NCBI GenBank assembly: GCA_963813225.1
Contig: CAWEYB010000001.1
Span: 1,152,362-1,216,361 of the forward strand
DNA: 64,000 nt
Direction: 5' to 3'
Origin: an uncultured Chloroflexia bacterium
Lineage (GTDB): Bacteria; Chloroflexota; Limnocylindria; Limnocylindrales; CSP1-4
Of the stretch, positions 44,068 to 53,477 are shown one piece after another. Position 1 is the stretch's first letter. Every line of letters begins with the position of its first letter. The notes under the pieces were generated by a model. That model had not been told where the DNA came from, did no database searches, and saw nothing but the letters and a program-made list of their open reading frames with translations. The translations under genes and the position numbers were made by a program.

Positions 44068-44382
44068 ATGCCCGACGATGTCGGCCGCCGCCTCCACGAC
44101 GAGGGCCTCGACGCCACGCCCTGGTCGAACGGACCGGGCGACCGGTACGCCGCCCACGACCACGGCTACGACAAGGTCATCGCCGTCGAGCGCGGATCGA
44201 TCAGGTTCGGTCTGCCGGCGAGCGCCGCCACGATCGACCTCGATGCCGGCGATCGCCTCGAGCTTCCGGCCGGGACGACCCATGACGCCCTGGTCGGCCC
44301 CGCGGGCGTGGTATGTCTCGAGGCGCATCTCCCGGCGGGCAGGCTCGTGGAGGTGCGTCACCGCCCCGCCGGATCGTGGTGA
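44068..44382 (+). CDS. Cupin-domain protein
   Basis: HDHGYDKV...G..LELPAGTTH motif spacing. Confidence 0.55.
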   Translation: MPDDVGRRLHDEGLDATPWSNGPGDRYAAHDHGYDKVIAVERGSIRFGLPASAATIDLDAGDRLELPAGTTHDALVGPAGVVCLEAHLPAGRLVEVRHRPAGSW

Positions 44383-44466
44383 TCGCGGTCCGGAGGCTCT
44401 CAGGGTAGGCTATCGGCCTGCCGGAGGGGCTGCAAAACCGATGAGCGCAACGGGACGTATCGGGGC

Positions 44467-45141
44467 ATGAATGGTCGAGGGGGTCCGACCGACGACGCCG
44501 AGGTCGTCCGACGGATGGCCGCGGGGTCCGAGGCCGCGCTCGAGACCATCTATGACCGATACGGACCGGCGATCTTCGCAGCGGCGTACCGGCTGACATC
44601 GGATCGAGGGACGGCCGAGGAGGTCGTGCAAGAGACATTCCTCGCCTTGTGGAACAGGGCAGAGTCGTACAACGAAACCGCCGGCTCGCTCGCCGCGTGG
44701 CTGCACACGATCGCCCGCAACCGGGCGATCGATCGGCTGCGGGCGGCAGGCCGTCGTCCGCCGCTGGTCGCGTTGTCGTCCGCGGCGGGGTCCGACGAGG
44801 ATCCGACCCAGGCGCTCGAACGGCTGGTGTCGGGCGGCCAGGTCGTCGCCGGGGCGCAGGCGCCGGCCAGCCCCGAGGACGCGTTCGCCGCCGAGGATCG
44901 CCGCGAGGCGATCCGGGTGACGGTCGCCGGACTCCCGGACGTCGAGCGCACGGTCATCCTGCTGGCTTACCAGGAGGAGCTGTCACAGGCGGAGATCGCC
45001 GATCGTCTGGGATGGCCGCTCGGCACGGTCAAGACCCGGACACGGCGGGCGCTGCTGCGATTGCGCGAGGGGCTTGGCGGGGAGTTCGGGCCGGCGAGCA
45101 CATTCGATGACGTGCCGGTCCCGGCCGGCGAAGAACGATAA
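44467..45141 (+). CDS. ECF-type RNA polymerase sigma factor
   Basis: Region 2: EVVQETFLALW..WLHTIARNRAIDRLR. Region 4: LSQAEIADRLGWPLGTVKTRTRRAL. Confidence 0.9.
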   Translation: MNGRGGPTDDAEVVRRMAAGSEAALETIYDRYGPAIFAAAYRLTSDRGTAEEVVQETFLALWNRAESYNETAGSLAAWLHTIARNRAIDRLRAAGRRPPLVALSSAAGSDEDPTQALERLVSGGQVVAGAQAPASPEDAFAAEDRREAIRVTVAGLPDVERTVILLAYQEELSQAEIADRLGWPLGTVKTRTRRALLRLREGLGGEFGPASTFDDVPVPAGEER

Positions 45142-45149
45142 GGAAGACG

Positions 45150-46028
45150 ATGGATCACGAGGAAACCCGCGAACAGCTGGAGCTGGCGGCGGTCGAGCCG
45201 GGCGGGCTCGACCGGCTGATGGCCGGCGACACGGCGACGGCCCAGGCGGTCGCCGCTCATGTCGCGGGCTGTCCGGCGTGCGCGGACGAGCTCGCTCGAC
45301 TGGGGCGTGCGGCGCCGCTCATCGGCTCGGTCGTCCGCGAGATGCCCTCGCCGGACCTGAAGGCCCGAACACTGGCGGCGATCCGTTCCGAAGGCGTGAT
45401 CCGGCCGCTGGTGGCAGCGACTGTCGGAGCGGCCGTCGCGACTGGTCCCTCGACCCCTGTCGCTTCACCCGGACCGTTGCTCGTTGCCACGCCGATGACA
45501 CCGCCGACGCCCATCGCCAGCCGGCGACGGATCGTGCCTGTCGTCGGCTGGGTCGCCACCATCGCCGCGGCGGTCCTGCTGTCGATCGCCGGGACCGCGC
45601 TGGTCGTCGGCAACCGGGCCGACACCCAGGCCGCGGCCCAGGAGCAGACGATCGATGCCCTCGAAGAGGTCTCCACGACCGCGCTGGCGGTCAGCGCCCA
45701 ACCCGACGCGCAGCACGTCGCCCTGACCGGGGTAACGGATCCGGCCCTGACCGGGAGCCTTGCCTTCTCCTCGACGACGACCGAGCTCGTGTGGCTCGCG
45801 AATGGCCTGACGCCACCGCCGGCCGGCTACGAGTACCGCTGCTGGGTCGAGTCCGGCGGGACCCGCCAGCGCATCGGCAAGATGTTCTTCAGCAAGGATC
45901 TGGCCTACTGGGCCGGCGAGACGGACGCCGTGTCCGGGCTGCCCAGCGGTGCCACGTTCGGTGTCTCGCTGGTCGGCCTGAACGGCGAGCCGGGACCGAA
46001 CGACCCGGTGATGGTCGGATCCCTCTGA
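45150..46028 (+). CDS. Anti-sigma factor (zinc-binding ZAS motif, one TM, RskA-like C-terminal domain)
   Basis: HVAGCPACADEL (H-x3-C-x2-C), TM GWVATIAAAVLLSIAG, and C-terminal YEYRCWVE..G. Sits directly after the sigma gene. Confidence 0.75.
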   Translation: MDHEETREQLELAAVEPGGLDRLMAGDTATAQAVAAHVAGCPACADELARLGRAAPLIGSVVREMPSPDLKARTLAAIRSEGVIRPLVAATVGAAVATGPSTPVASPGPLLVATPMTPPTPIASRRRIVPVVGWVATIAAAVLLSIAGTALVVGNRADTQAAAQEQTIDALEEVSTTALAVSAQPDAQHVALTGVTDPALTGSLAFSSTTTELVWLANGLTPPPAGYEYRCWVESGGTRQRIGKMFFSKDLAYWAGETDAVSGLPSGATFGVSLVGLNGEPGPNDPVMVGSL

Positions 46029-46035
46029 TCGTCGG

Positions 46036-46332
46036 CTAGCGGAGGGTCTCGGGCGGCGTCTCGCCTTCCGCTGCGACTGGTGTCACCTCTTCGTCGGGCG
46101 GCGGCGCGTCGAGGTACTCGCGGTGCAGGAGCAGCAGGCGGTCGGCCGCCTCGGGGCTGACCTCGTACCCGTCCTCGCGCAGCGCAGCCGACAGCCAGGC
46201 CGCCTCGCGCGGCCGCTCCACCGCGTCGATCTCGGACTCGCGCCGGCGCGAGTCCATCACGACGAGCCAGACCAGCCCGGCTCCAAGGACGAGCCCGACG
46301 ATGAGCAGCCATACGTTGAACTCGGCATTCAC
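46036..46332 (-). CDS. Hypothetical small membrane protein
   Basis: 98 aa with one N-terminal TM (VWLLIVGLVLGAGLVWLVV). Confidence 0.4.
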   Translation of the reverse strand: MNAEFNVWLLIVGLVLGAGLVWLVVMDSRRRESEIDAVERPREAAWLSAALREDGYEVSPEAADRLLLLHREYLDAPPPDEEVTPVAAEGETPPETLR

Positions 46333-46373
46333 CCGCGGGAAGTATAGGGAGCCGCGCCGTTACACTTCCGCGG

Positions 46374-47515
46374 ATGCTCGACTTCACGCCCAGCCCGATC
46401 GCGATCCAGCTCGGCCCGATCCCCGTCTACTGGTACGGCATCGGCTATGCACTGGGTCTCGCCGCGGCCTATTTCGTCATCGTCTGGCTGGCGCGCCGAG
46501 CCGGCGAGGACCCCGACCTCGTCGGCAACGGGATGATCATCGTCGCGGTCGCGGCGCTCATCGGCGGCCGGCTGTACCACGTCATCGACCAGTGGGCGCT
46601 GTACAAGGACGACCCGATCAAGATCTTCCTGCCGCCCTACTCGGGACTCGGTGTGTACGGCGGGATCATCTTCGGGACCGCGGCCGCCTACCTCTACGTG
46701 CGCGCGAATCGTCAGGACTTCCTGCGCTGGGCCGACATCGTCGCGCCCGGCCTGTTCACGATGGAGGCCATCGCCCGCTGGGGCAACTTCTTCAACCAGG
46801 AGCTGTACGGCCCGCCGACGACCCTGCCGTGGGGGATCCCGATCGACTGCGCGCATCGCGTGGCGGCGTACGTCTGCCCCCCGGCTCCGCTCCGACCGAC
46901 ACCCTCGGCCAGTTCTTCCACCCACTGTTCCTGTACGAGTCGATCTCCGGCGTGCTCGGCGCCCTGACGCTCGTCTGGATCGGCTTCCACCTCCGCAAGC
47001 GGCTGCGCACGGGCGACCTGATCCTGGTCTTCTTCGTCTGGTACGGCACCGTCCGGTTCGTGCTGGAGACCCTGCGAGCGGACAACTGGACGTTCTTCGG
47101 TGTGCCGGTGGCGATGATCGTCTCGGCGCTCATCGTCATCCCGTCGCTCGCGGTCCTGGCCTGGCGGCACCGGCCCGGCCATCCGCTCGACGAGCCGGCG
47201 ACGCGGCCGAGGCTGGCGACCTGGGGCGCCATCGGGCGGTCGCTGACCGACGAGGAGATCGAGGCGCTCGATCGGCAGGCCGAGCTCGACGACGATGAAG
47301 ACGATGACGATGACGACGACGACTACGACGACGAAGAGGACGAGGGCGACGACGACGACGACGACGACGAGGACGGGGATGGGGAAGCGGACGACGGCGA
47401 CGAGGACGACGGCGACGGCGACGGCGCGACGGTCGCCGACGGCGCGGACGAGGTAGGCCAGACGGGCCATGGACCTGCGTCCGACGGATCGGCGGCCGAC
47501 GAAACCCCCGCCTGA
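46374..47515 (+). CDS. lgt: Prolipoprotein diacylglyceryl transferase Lgt with long poly-acidic tail; one 1-nt deletion in a C run (46877-46882)
   Basis: IPVYWYGIGYALG, GGRLYHV, ARWGNFFNQELYG, then FHPLFLYES..FFVWYG..RF in the other frame. The C-terminal roughly 50 residues are D/E/G only. Confidence 0.8.
47288..47425 (+). repeat. GAC/GAT/GAG/GGC trinucleotide-rich tract encoding the Lgt D/E/G tail
   Basis: Reads DDDEDDDDDDDDYDDEEDEGDDDDDDDEDGDGEADDGDEDDGDGDG. It is a low-complexity coding repeat. Confidence 0.8.
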
Positions 47516-48404
47516 CGTGGCCCAGCCTCATCCTGGTCCGGCGACCGGCCGACGTCGGCCGCCGCCTGGCCGGATCTCGCCCGAGTCCCTGGCCGCCCAG
47601 CGAGGCGGCGCCATCGAGGGCCTCGCCTGGCTCGGCCGGCAACCGGAGGCACGGGCCTCGGTCCTGTATCGCGTCCTGCGGCTGGTGGCCCGGTTCGTGA
47701 TCTTCGTGGTCTTCCGGTTCCGCATCCGGACCGCGGGCCAGGAGCATCTGCCGCGTGGGGGATACCTGCTGGTCGCCGCTGCGCATCGGGGCTGGATGGA
47801 TCCGTTCGTGGTGATGCACGCCATCCCACCCGAGCCGCGCGCCTGGTTCCTGGGCAGCGCACCCTCGACGTTCACGTCGCCCTGGCGCGAAAGGCTCATC
47901 CATCGGATCGGCGGCTTGCTGCCGGTCTGGCGCGGAGGGGTCGGGATCGAGCAGCACGTGGCCGCGGCGCGGGCCGTCATCGCCAACGGTGCGGTGTTCG
48001 CCCAGATGCCCGAAGGGACGGTGAGCGGGCCGCCGGGCCGTATCGGCGCGTTCCGGACCGGCTGGGCGGTCATCGCCATGCGGACCGACGCACCGATCGT
48101 GCCGCTCGCCATCGCCGGGACCGAGGAGCTGTACATCGGACGCCGGCTCGCCTCGCGGGTCCTGCCGCCCACCTCGGCTCGCGCCCTGGCGGGTCTGGCG
48201 CCCGACGCGGCCTTCCCGCCCGAGGGGACGCGCGAGGAGCTCGCGCTCGCCCGTCGGATGAGCGACGCGCTGGCCGACGTCCTCGGCCCAGCGGTCGAAG
48301 CGCTGTATCCGCGGACCGTCGATCCGCCGGGCCGTCCGCGTCGCCTGCGGCGACGGCTGACCTTCCTGCTGCTGCGCCCCGGTCCGCTCGATCGCGACGG
48401 CTGA
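47469..48404 (+). CDS. 1-acyl-sn-glycerol-3-phosphate acyltransferase family (PlsC-like)
   Basis: AAHRGWMDP (H-x4-D) and MPEGTVS. An alternative GTG start at 47517 lies just after the lgt stop. Confidence 0.75.
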   Translation: MDLRPTDRRPTKPPPDVAQPHPGPATGRRRPPPGRISPESLAAQRGGAIEGLAWLGRQPEARASVLYRVLRLVARFVIFVVFRFRIRTAGQEHLPRGGYLLVAAAHRGWMDPFVVMHAIPPEPRAWFLGSAPSTFTSPWRERLIHRIGGLLPVWRGGVGIEQHVAAARAVIANGAVFAQMPEGTVSGPPGRIGAFRTGWAVIAMRTDAPIVPLAIAGTEELYIGRRLASRVLPPTSARALAGLAPDAAFPPEGTREELALARRMSDALADVLGPAVEALYPRTVDPPGRPRRLRRRLTFLLLRPGPLDRDG

Positions 48405-48444
48405 ACGGGGGCCGGGCCGTCCGGCGCACGCTATGCTCCGGCCG

Positions 48445-49869
48445 ATGCACTACGCGGAGTCGATCCTCGACCTGGTCGGCGGCACACCGCTCGTTCGGAT
48501 CAGCCGGTTGACTCGCGACCTCGGCCCAGCCGACCGCCAGCCGCTGCTGCTGGCCAAGCTCGAGATGCTCAATCCGGGCGGCTCGGTCAAGGACCGGATC
48601 GGTCTGCCGATGATCGAGGCGGCCGAACGGGCCGGGCTGCTGCGGCCGGGCGGCACCATCATCGAGCCGACCTCGGGCAACACCGGACACGGTCTCGCGA
48701 TCGCCGCGGCGCTCAAGGGCTACCGCTGCATCTTCGTGATGGCCGACAAGCAGTCTGCCGAGAAGCAGCAGCTCCTGCGGGCCTACGGCGCGGAGGTCGT
48801 CCTGTGTCCCACCAACGTCCCTCCCGAATCGCCCGAGAGCTACTACTCGGTCGCCGCTCGGCTCGCGCGCGACATCCCGGGCGCGTTCAAGCCCGACCAG
48901 TACTGGAACCCCGAGAACCCGGCCGCTCATGAGCGGACGACCGGTCCCGAGATCCTGGAGCAGACCGACGGGCGGATCACCCATTTCGTCGCCAGCGTCG
49001 GGACGGGCGGCACCATCACCGGCGCCGCCCGGGCGTTGAAGGCCCACGACCCGACGATCCAGGTGATCGGTGCGGACCCCGAGGGGAGCGTCCTGTCGGG
49101 CGACGTCGCGCGCCCGTACCTGACCGAGGGCGTCGGGGAGGATTTCCTGCCTGGCACCTACGACCCGGCCGCCGTGGACCGCTGGATCCGGGTCAGCGAC
49201 CGCGACGCGTTCGCCATGGCGCGGCGGCTGACCCGCGAGGAAGGGATCCTGTCCGGTGGCTCGTGCGGCACGGCCATGGTCGCGGCGCGCGAGGTCGTCC
49301 GAGATTTGACGCAAGCCGAGGGCGGCGCCGCCGCTGTGGTGGTCGTCCTTCTGCCCGACAGCGGCCGGAACTACCTGTCCAAGGTCTATAACGACGAGTG
49401 GATGCGGGTGAACGGGCTGCTTCCGACGACCGGTGCCATCGTTCGCGTCGGCGACCTGCTCGACGACCGTCGTCACGCCGGGCCGCGACCCGATCTCGTG
49501 CTGGCGCGGACGACCCAGCGGGTCGGCGAGGCGATCGAGATCTTCCAGGAGTTCGGGATCAGCCAGCTCCCGGTGTCCGAGCAACCGGAGGGTGACGCGG
49601 TCGAGGGCATCGTCGGCTCGATCACGGAGAAGGGCCTGCTCGACCGTGCCTTCCGCGACCCGTTGACGGTGGACCGGACCGTCGGCGAGGTGATGGACCG
49701 GCCGTTGCCCCTGGTGGACCTTGCCGACAGCCTCGACGACGCGTTCAGCCTGTTGACCGCCGGCGGGGCGTCGGCGGTGATCGCGACGCGTGCCGGGCGG
49801 CCGGTCGGCGTCGTGACCAAGCTCGATGTCCTCGAGTACCTGACCCACCGACCGAACGGCCGAGGCTGA
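48445..49869 (+). CDS. Cystathionine beta-synthase (PLP fold II plus C-terminal CBS-domain pair)
   Basis: NPGGSVKDRIG, TSGNTGHGLA, GTGGTITG. The C-terminal roughly 130 aa has Bateman-type repeats. Intact. Confidence 0.85.
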   Translation: MHYAESILDLVGGTPLVRISRLTRDLGPADRQPLLLAKLEMLNPGGSVKDRIGLPMIEAAERAGLLRPGGTIIEPTSGNTGHGLAIAAALKGYRCIFVMADKQSAEKQQLLRAYGAEVVLCPTNVPPESPESYYSVAARLARDIPGAFKPDQYWNPENPAAHERTTGPEILEQTDGRITHFVASVGTGGTITGAARALKAHDPTIQVIGADPEGSVLSGDVARPYLTEGVGEDFLPGTYDPAAVDRWIRVSDRDAFAMARRLTREEGILSGGSCGTAMVAAREVVRDLTQAEGGAAAVVVVLLPDSGRNYLSKVYNDEWMRVNGLLPTTGAIVRVGDLLDDRRHAGPRPDLVLARTTQRVGEAIEIFQEFGISQLPVSEQPEGDAVEGIVGSITEKGLLDRAFRDPLTVDRTVGEVMDRPLPLVDLADSLDDAFSLLTAGGASAVIATRAGRPVGVVTKLDVLEYLTHRPNGRG

Positions 49870-49873
49870 GGAT

Positions 49874-50419
49874 ATGTCCGTCCCGCCGATCCGGACGCGA
49901 CGCTTCGAGCTCGTGTCGATGTCGCTGCCGTTCATGCGCCACCTGGTCGCCCGCGACCTGGTCGCGGCAGAGGCCGAGCTCGGAGCCACGGTCCCGGAGA
50001 GCTTCCCGGACGACCTCGACAACTTCCTCCAGTACCGCATCGCGGACCTGACCGAGGATCCGATGGCGCAGCCGTGGCTCGGCCGGGCGATCGTTCTGAC
50101 CGGGGACGACGGCACGCGACGGGCGATCGGCTCGTGCGGGTTCCATGCCCCGCCCGACGCAGACGGTCGCGTCGAGGTCGGCTACAAGGTCCAGCCCGAG
50201 TACCGCCGCCAGGGCGTCGCCAGCGAGGTCGTCCGCGCGCTGTTCGATTGGGCGCACGCGCAGGGCGTCGATCGCTTCCGGGCATCGGTCTCGCCGGACA
50301 ACGTCGGCTCGCTGGCGATCGTCCGCGGCCTCGGCTTCGAGCAGGTCGGCGTCCAGATCGACGACATCGACGGCGAGGAGCTCGTCTTCCATCTCGATGG
50401 GTGGCCGCCCTCGGCCTGA
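49874..50419 (+). CDS. GNAT-family N-acetyltransferase
   Basis: YRRQGVASEVVRALFDWA (acetyl-CoA binding motif A). Confidence 0.75.
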   Translation: MSVPPIRTRRFELVSMSLPFMRHLVARDLVAAEAELGATVPESFPDDLDNFLQYRIADLTEDPMAQPWLGRAIVLTGDDGTRRAIGSCGFHAPPDADGRVEVGYKVQPEYRRQGVASEVVRALFDWAHAQGVDRFRASVSPDNVGSLAIVRGLGFEQVGVQIDDIDGEELVFHLDGWPPSA

Positions 50420-50432
50420 CCGGCCCGCTACC

Positions 50433-51606
50433 ATGGCCCCGATGCCCGACCCGAGCCCCGACGACACCCAGCCGTTCGCCTTCGACACGCTGGCCGTCCA
50501 CGCGGGCGCCGAGCCGGACGAGCTGACCGGCGCGGTCTCGCCACCGATCTACCAGACCTCGACCTTCGCCCAGGACGGCGTCGGCCGGCCGCGACGCGGG
50601 TACGAATACGCTCGCTCGCAGAACCCGACCCGCGAACGGCTCGAACGGGCCGTCGCTGCGCTCGAAGGCGGGGAGCACGGGATCGCGTTCGCGTCCGGGT
50701 CGGCGGCCACGGCGGCCATCGCCGAGCTGGCGGCGCCGGGTGACGAGATCGTGGTCGGCGACGACGTGTACGGCGGCACGTACCGCTACCTCGAACGGGT
50801 CCGGCGCGGCGCCGGCGTCGACGCCCGCTACATCGACCTGGCTGGCGGCCAGGACGCGCTCTGGGAGGCGCTCACGGAGCGGACCCGGCTCGTCTGGTTC
50901 GAGACACCGTCGAACCCGCACCTCAAGGTCGTCGACATCGGGGCGACCGTGGCCACCGTCGCCCGCCGCGCCGCGGAAGGCGGCCGCCGTCCGCTGGTCG
51001 TGGTCGACAACACGTTCGCGTCGCCCGCCCTCCAGCGGCCGCTGCGCGAGGGCGCCGACATCGTCTTCCACTCCGCGACGAAGTACCTGGCCGGCCACTC
51101 CGACACCATCCTGGGAGTGGCCGTCACCTCGGATCCGGCGATCGCCGAGCGGCTGCGGTTCCTGCAGAACGCGATGGGCGCCGTGCCGGGACCGCTCGAC
51201 TGCTTCCTCGTCCTGCGCGGGCTGCGCACGCTCCACCTGCGGATGGAACGGCATGGCGCGAACGCCGTGATGGTGTCCGACTTCCTCGACGGCCGGCCGG
51301 ACGTGGCCGAGGTCCACTACCCGGGCATGGGCGGGATGGTGTCGTTCCTGCCGACCGACGGCGGACGGCACGGTCGGAGCGCCGCGGAGCGGGCGATCGC
51401 CGTCGCCGAGGGGACGCGGCTGTTCACCCTGGCCGAATCGCTGGGTGGGGTCGAGTCGCTCATCGAGCTGCCGGCCGCGATGACCCACATGTCCGTGGCC
51501 GGGTCGCCGCTCGAGGTGTCGGCCGGCGCTCGTCCGATTGTCGGTCGGCATCGAGGACCCGGGCGACCTCGTCGCGGACCTGGCGCGGGCCCTCGACCAG
51601 GCCTGA
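50433..51606 (+). CDS. Cystathionine gamma-lyase/synthase family (Cys/Met PLP-dependent), one +1 shift near 51525
   Basis: PIYQTSTF, YARSQNPTR, HSATKYLAGHSD, AESLGGVESL. The tail LVRLSVGIEDPGDLVADLARALDQA is in the next frame. Confidence 0.85.
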
Positions 51607-51820
51607 CCGGGGCGGCCGGGCGGCCGGGCGGCCGCGGAGGGCTCCCCGATGTTCCTACCAGGCGCGCATCCACGATATGTGAGCGTGGACGAGGTCGAGT
51701 TCTGACAGATCCGGTACGAATCCGCGACCTACCGCGCTCAGATATACGAAAAGTGCGCCTGGGAGGCACACGGCGCGCCGCGCGCCCGCGTCGGCGCGGG
51801 CGCGCCCGGCACCGCGCCCG

Positions 51821-52093
51821 TCAGCCGCCGGCCATCGCCGGGAGCAGGACCAGGGTGTCGCCGTCGCCCACTGGCGTATCGAGGTCCTCGAGGTGGCGCA
51901 CGTCCGTGTCGTTGAGGAATGCGTTGACGAACCGGTTGAGGTCGCCGTCGGGCGCGATGAGCTGGGCCTCGAGACCCGGGTGCAGCGCGACGAGGCCGGT
52001 GACGACCTCTCGAACGGTCCCGCCCGGGACCTGGACCTGCTTGGCGCCGCCGGTGGCCACCCGCAGCGTCGGCGGGATGCGGACCGTGCTCAC
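51821..52093 (-). CDS. ThiS/MoaD-family sulfur-carrier protein (MetO/CysO-like), C-terminal GG
   Basis: 90 aa, ..GDTLVLLPAMAGG then stop. The GTG start overlaps the upstream stop (GTGA). Confidence 0.75.
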   Translation of the reverse strand: MSTVRIPPTLRVATGGAKQVQVPGGTVREVVTGLVALHPGLEAQLIAPDGDLNRFVNAFLNDTDVRHLEDLDTPVGDGDTLVLLPAMAGG

Positions 52094-53388
52094 GACGCGC
52101 CGCCGTCCAGCCAGCGCTCGAACGCGGCAAGGCTCGGGCGGATCGAGGGCGCGAGACCGGGCTGACCCGGCCGCGCGACACCGTCGCCACCCCCCAGCGT
52201 CCGCGCGTCGGGGGTCTTGAGCCCGTTCCCGGTCAGGAGTGCCACGACCTCGTCGCCGGGCCGGATGACGCCGCGACGTCGGGCCGCGGCGGCCGCCGCG
52301 AGCGTCACACCACCGGCCGTCTCGGGGTAGATCCCCTCGAGCCGAGCCACGTCGCGGATCGAGGCCGCTGTCACGACGTCCTCGATCGCCTCGATCGAAC
52401 CGCCCGACGCGTTCGCCAGGGCCGCCGAATCGCGGCCGTCGGCCGGGCTTCCGATGGCGAGTGAGCGCACGATCGTGTCGGGCTCGCGGACCGGGACGAT
52501 GACGTCGCTGCCGGTCGCCCACGCGGTCGCGATCGGTGCGCAGCCGGCGGCCTGGCCGCCGACGAACCGGATCGGCCGGCGGGCGATCAATCCGAGCTCG
52601 ACGAGCTCCTCGAACCCTCGCGCGACATGGGTGAACATCGCACCAGATGCGACCGGCGCGACGACGACATCGGGCGACCGCCAGCCGAGCGACTCGGCGA
52701 TCTCGTAGGCGAGGGTCTTGGAGCCCTCCGCGTAGAACGGCCGCAGGTTGATGTTGACGAAGCCCCAGCCCGTCTCGTCGGCGACCTCGAGGCACAGCCG
52801 GTTGACGTCGTCGTACGTGCCCTCGATGGGGACCACCGTCGCGCCGTAGGCCAGCGCGTGATCGACCTTGGCCGGCTCGAGGTCGGCCGGGATGAACACG
52901 TAGGCCGGCAGCCCCAACGCGGCCGCTGCGGCAGCCGTCGCGCCGGCCAGGTTCCCGGTCGATGCGCAGGCCAGCGCCTCGACCCCGAACTCGACCGCAC
53001 GTGCTGCGGCGACGGCCACGGCGCGGTCCTTGAACGACAGCGACGGGTTCCGCGTGTCGTCCTTGAGCCACAGCCGATCGAGCCCGAGGACCGGCGCCAG
53101 CCGGTCGGCCGCGAGCAGCGGCGTCGAACCGACCGGCAGCCCGCGCGTCGGCGGCTCGTCGACGGGCAGGAGCTCGGCGTAGCGCCAGATCCCCGGCGCA
53201 CGCGACGCGATCGCCTCGCGGGTCAGGGTCGCCCCGATGACGCCGTAGTCATAGGCGACGTCGAGCGGCCCGAAACAGGCCGGACAGACATACGACATGC
53301 CGATCGGCTGGCTCGCGCCGCAGTTGCGACAGCGGAGGCCGATGATGCGGTCGGTGTGGGTGGCTGACGGAAGGATCTCGATCGCCAT
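52090..53388 (-). CDS. Threonine-synthase homologue with N-terminal zinc ribbon (MetM-like candidate homocysteine synthase)
   Basis: CRNCG..x..CPAC zinc ribbon, NPSLSFKDRA PLP-lysine motif, intact 432 aa. Preceded by the SAM-I riboswitch. Confidence 0.8.
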   Translation of the reverse strand: MAIEILPSATHTDRIIGLRCRNCGASQPIGMSYVCPACFGPLDVAYDYGVIGATLTREAIASRAPGIWRYAELLPVDEPPTRGLPVGSTPLLAADRLAPVLGLDRLWLKDDTRNPSLSFKDRAVAVAAARAVEFGVEALACASTGNLAGATAAAAAALGLPAYVFIPADLEPAKVDHALAYGATVVPIEGTYDDVNRLCLEVADETGWGFVNINLRPFYAEGSKTLAYEIAESLGWRSPDVVVAPVASGAMFTHVARGFEELVELGLIARRPIRFVGGQAAGCAPIATAWATGSDVIVPVREPDTIVRSLAIGSPADGRDSAALANASGGSIEAIEDVVTAASIRDVARLEGIYPETAGGVTLAAAAAARRRGVIRPGDEVVALLTGNGLKTPDARTLGGGDGVARPGQPGLAPSIRPSLAAFERWLDGGAS

Positions 53389-53477
53389 GGTCGTCTCCGG
53401 GAGGCCTGGGGAAGTGCGCCTCGGGACCGGGGTACGGGCGACCGTCTGGTCGGATAGGGGGGCTCCGAAGGGAGGTT

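Noticed and set aside
44383-46028. ECF sigma/anti-sigma pair as a novel system, and an autoregulated promoter upstream
   Set aside because: It is a standard ZAS/RskA-type pair. The upstream region has no convincing GGAAC/CGT-type ECF promoter that I can defend.
47288-47425. Short-period repeat tract that could be mistaken for a CRISPR, VNTR or mobile element
   Set aside because: The period is 3 nt, it is in frame, and it encodes the acidic tail of Lgt. There is no repeat-spacer structure. No CRISPR array, cas gene, transposase or IS terminal repeat was seen anywhere in the window.
50145-53071. 691-aa plus-strand ORF and 416-aa minus-strand ORF (51821..53071)
   Set aside because: The first is the cystathionine lyase reading past its true stop after a +1 shift. 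In the second, only the last 90 codons (the ThiS/MoaD-like gene) are real.
53389-53477. Intrinsic terminator in the riboswitch expression platform
   Set aside because: I found no GC hairpin followed by a U tract. Control may be translational (CCUCC elements lie near the GGAG RBS), but I cannot support a specific structure by eye.
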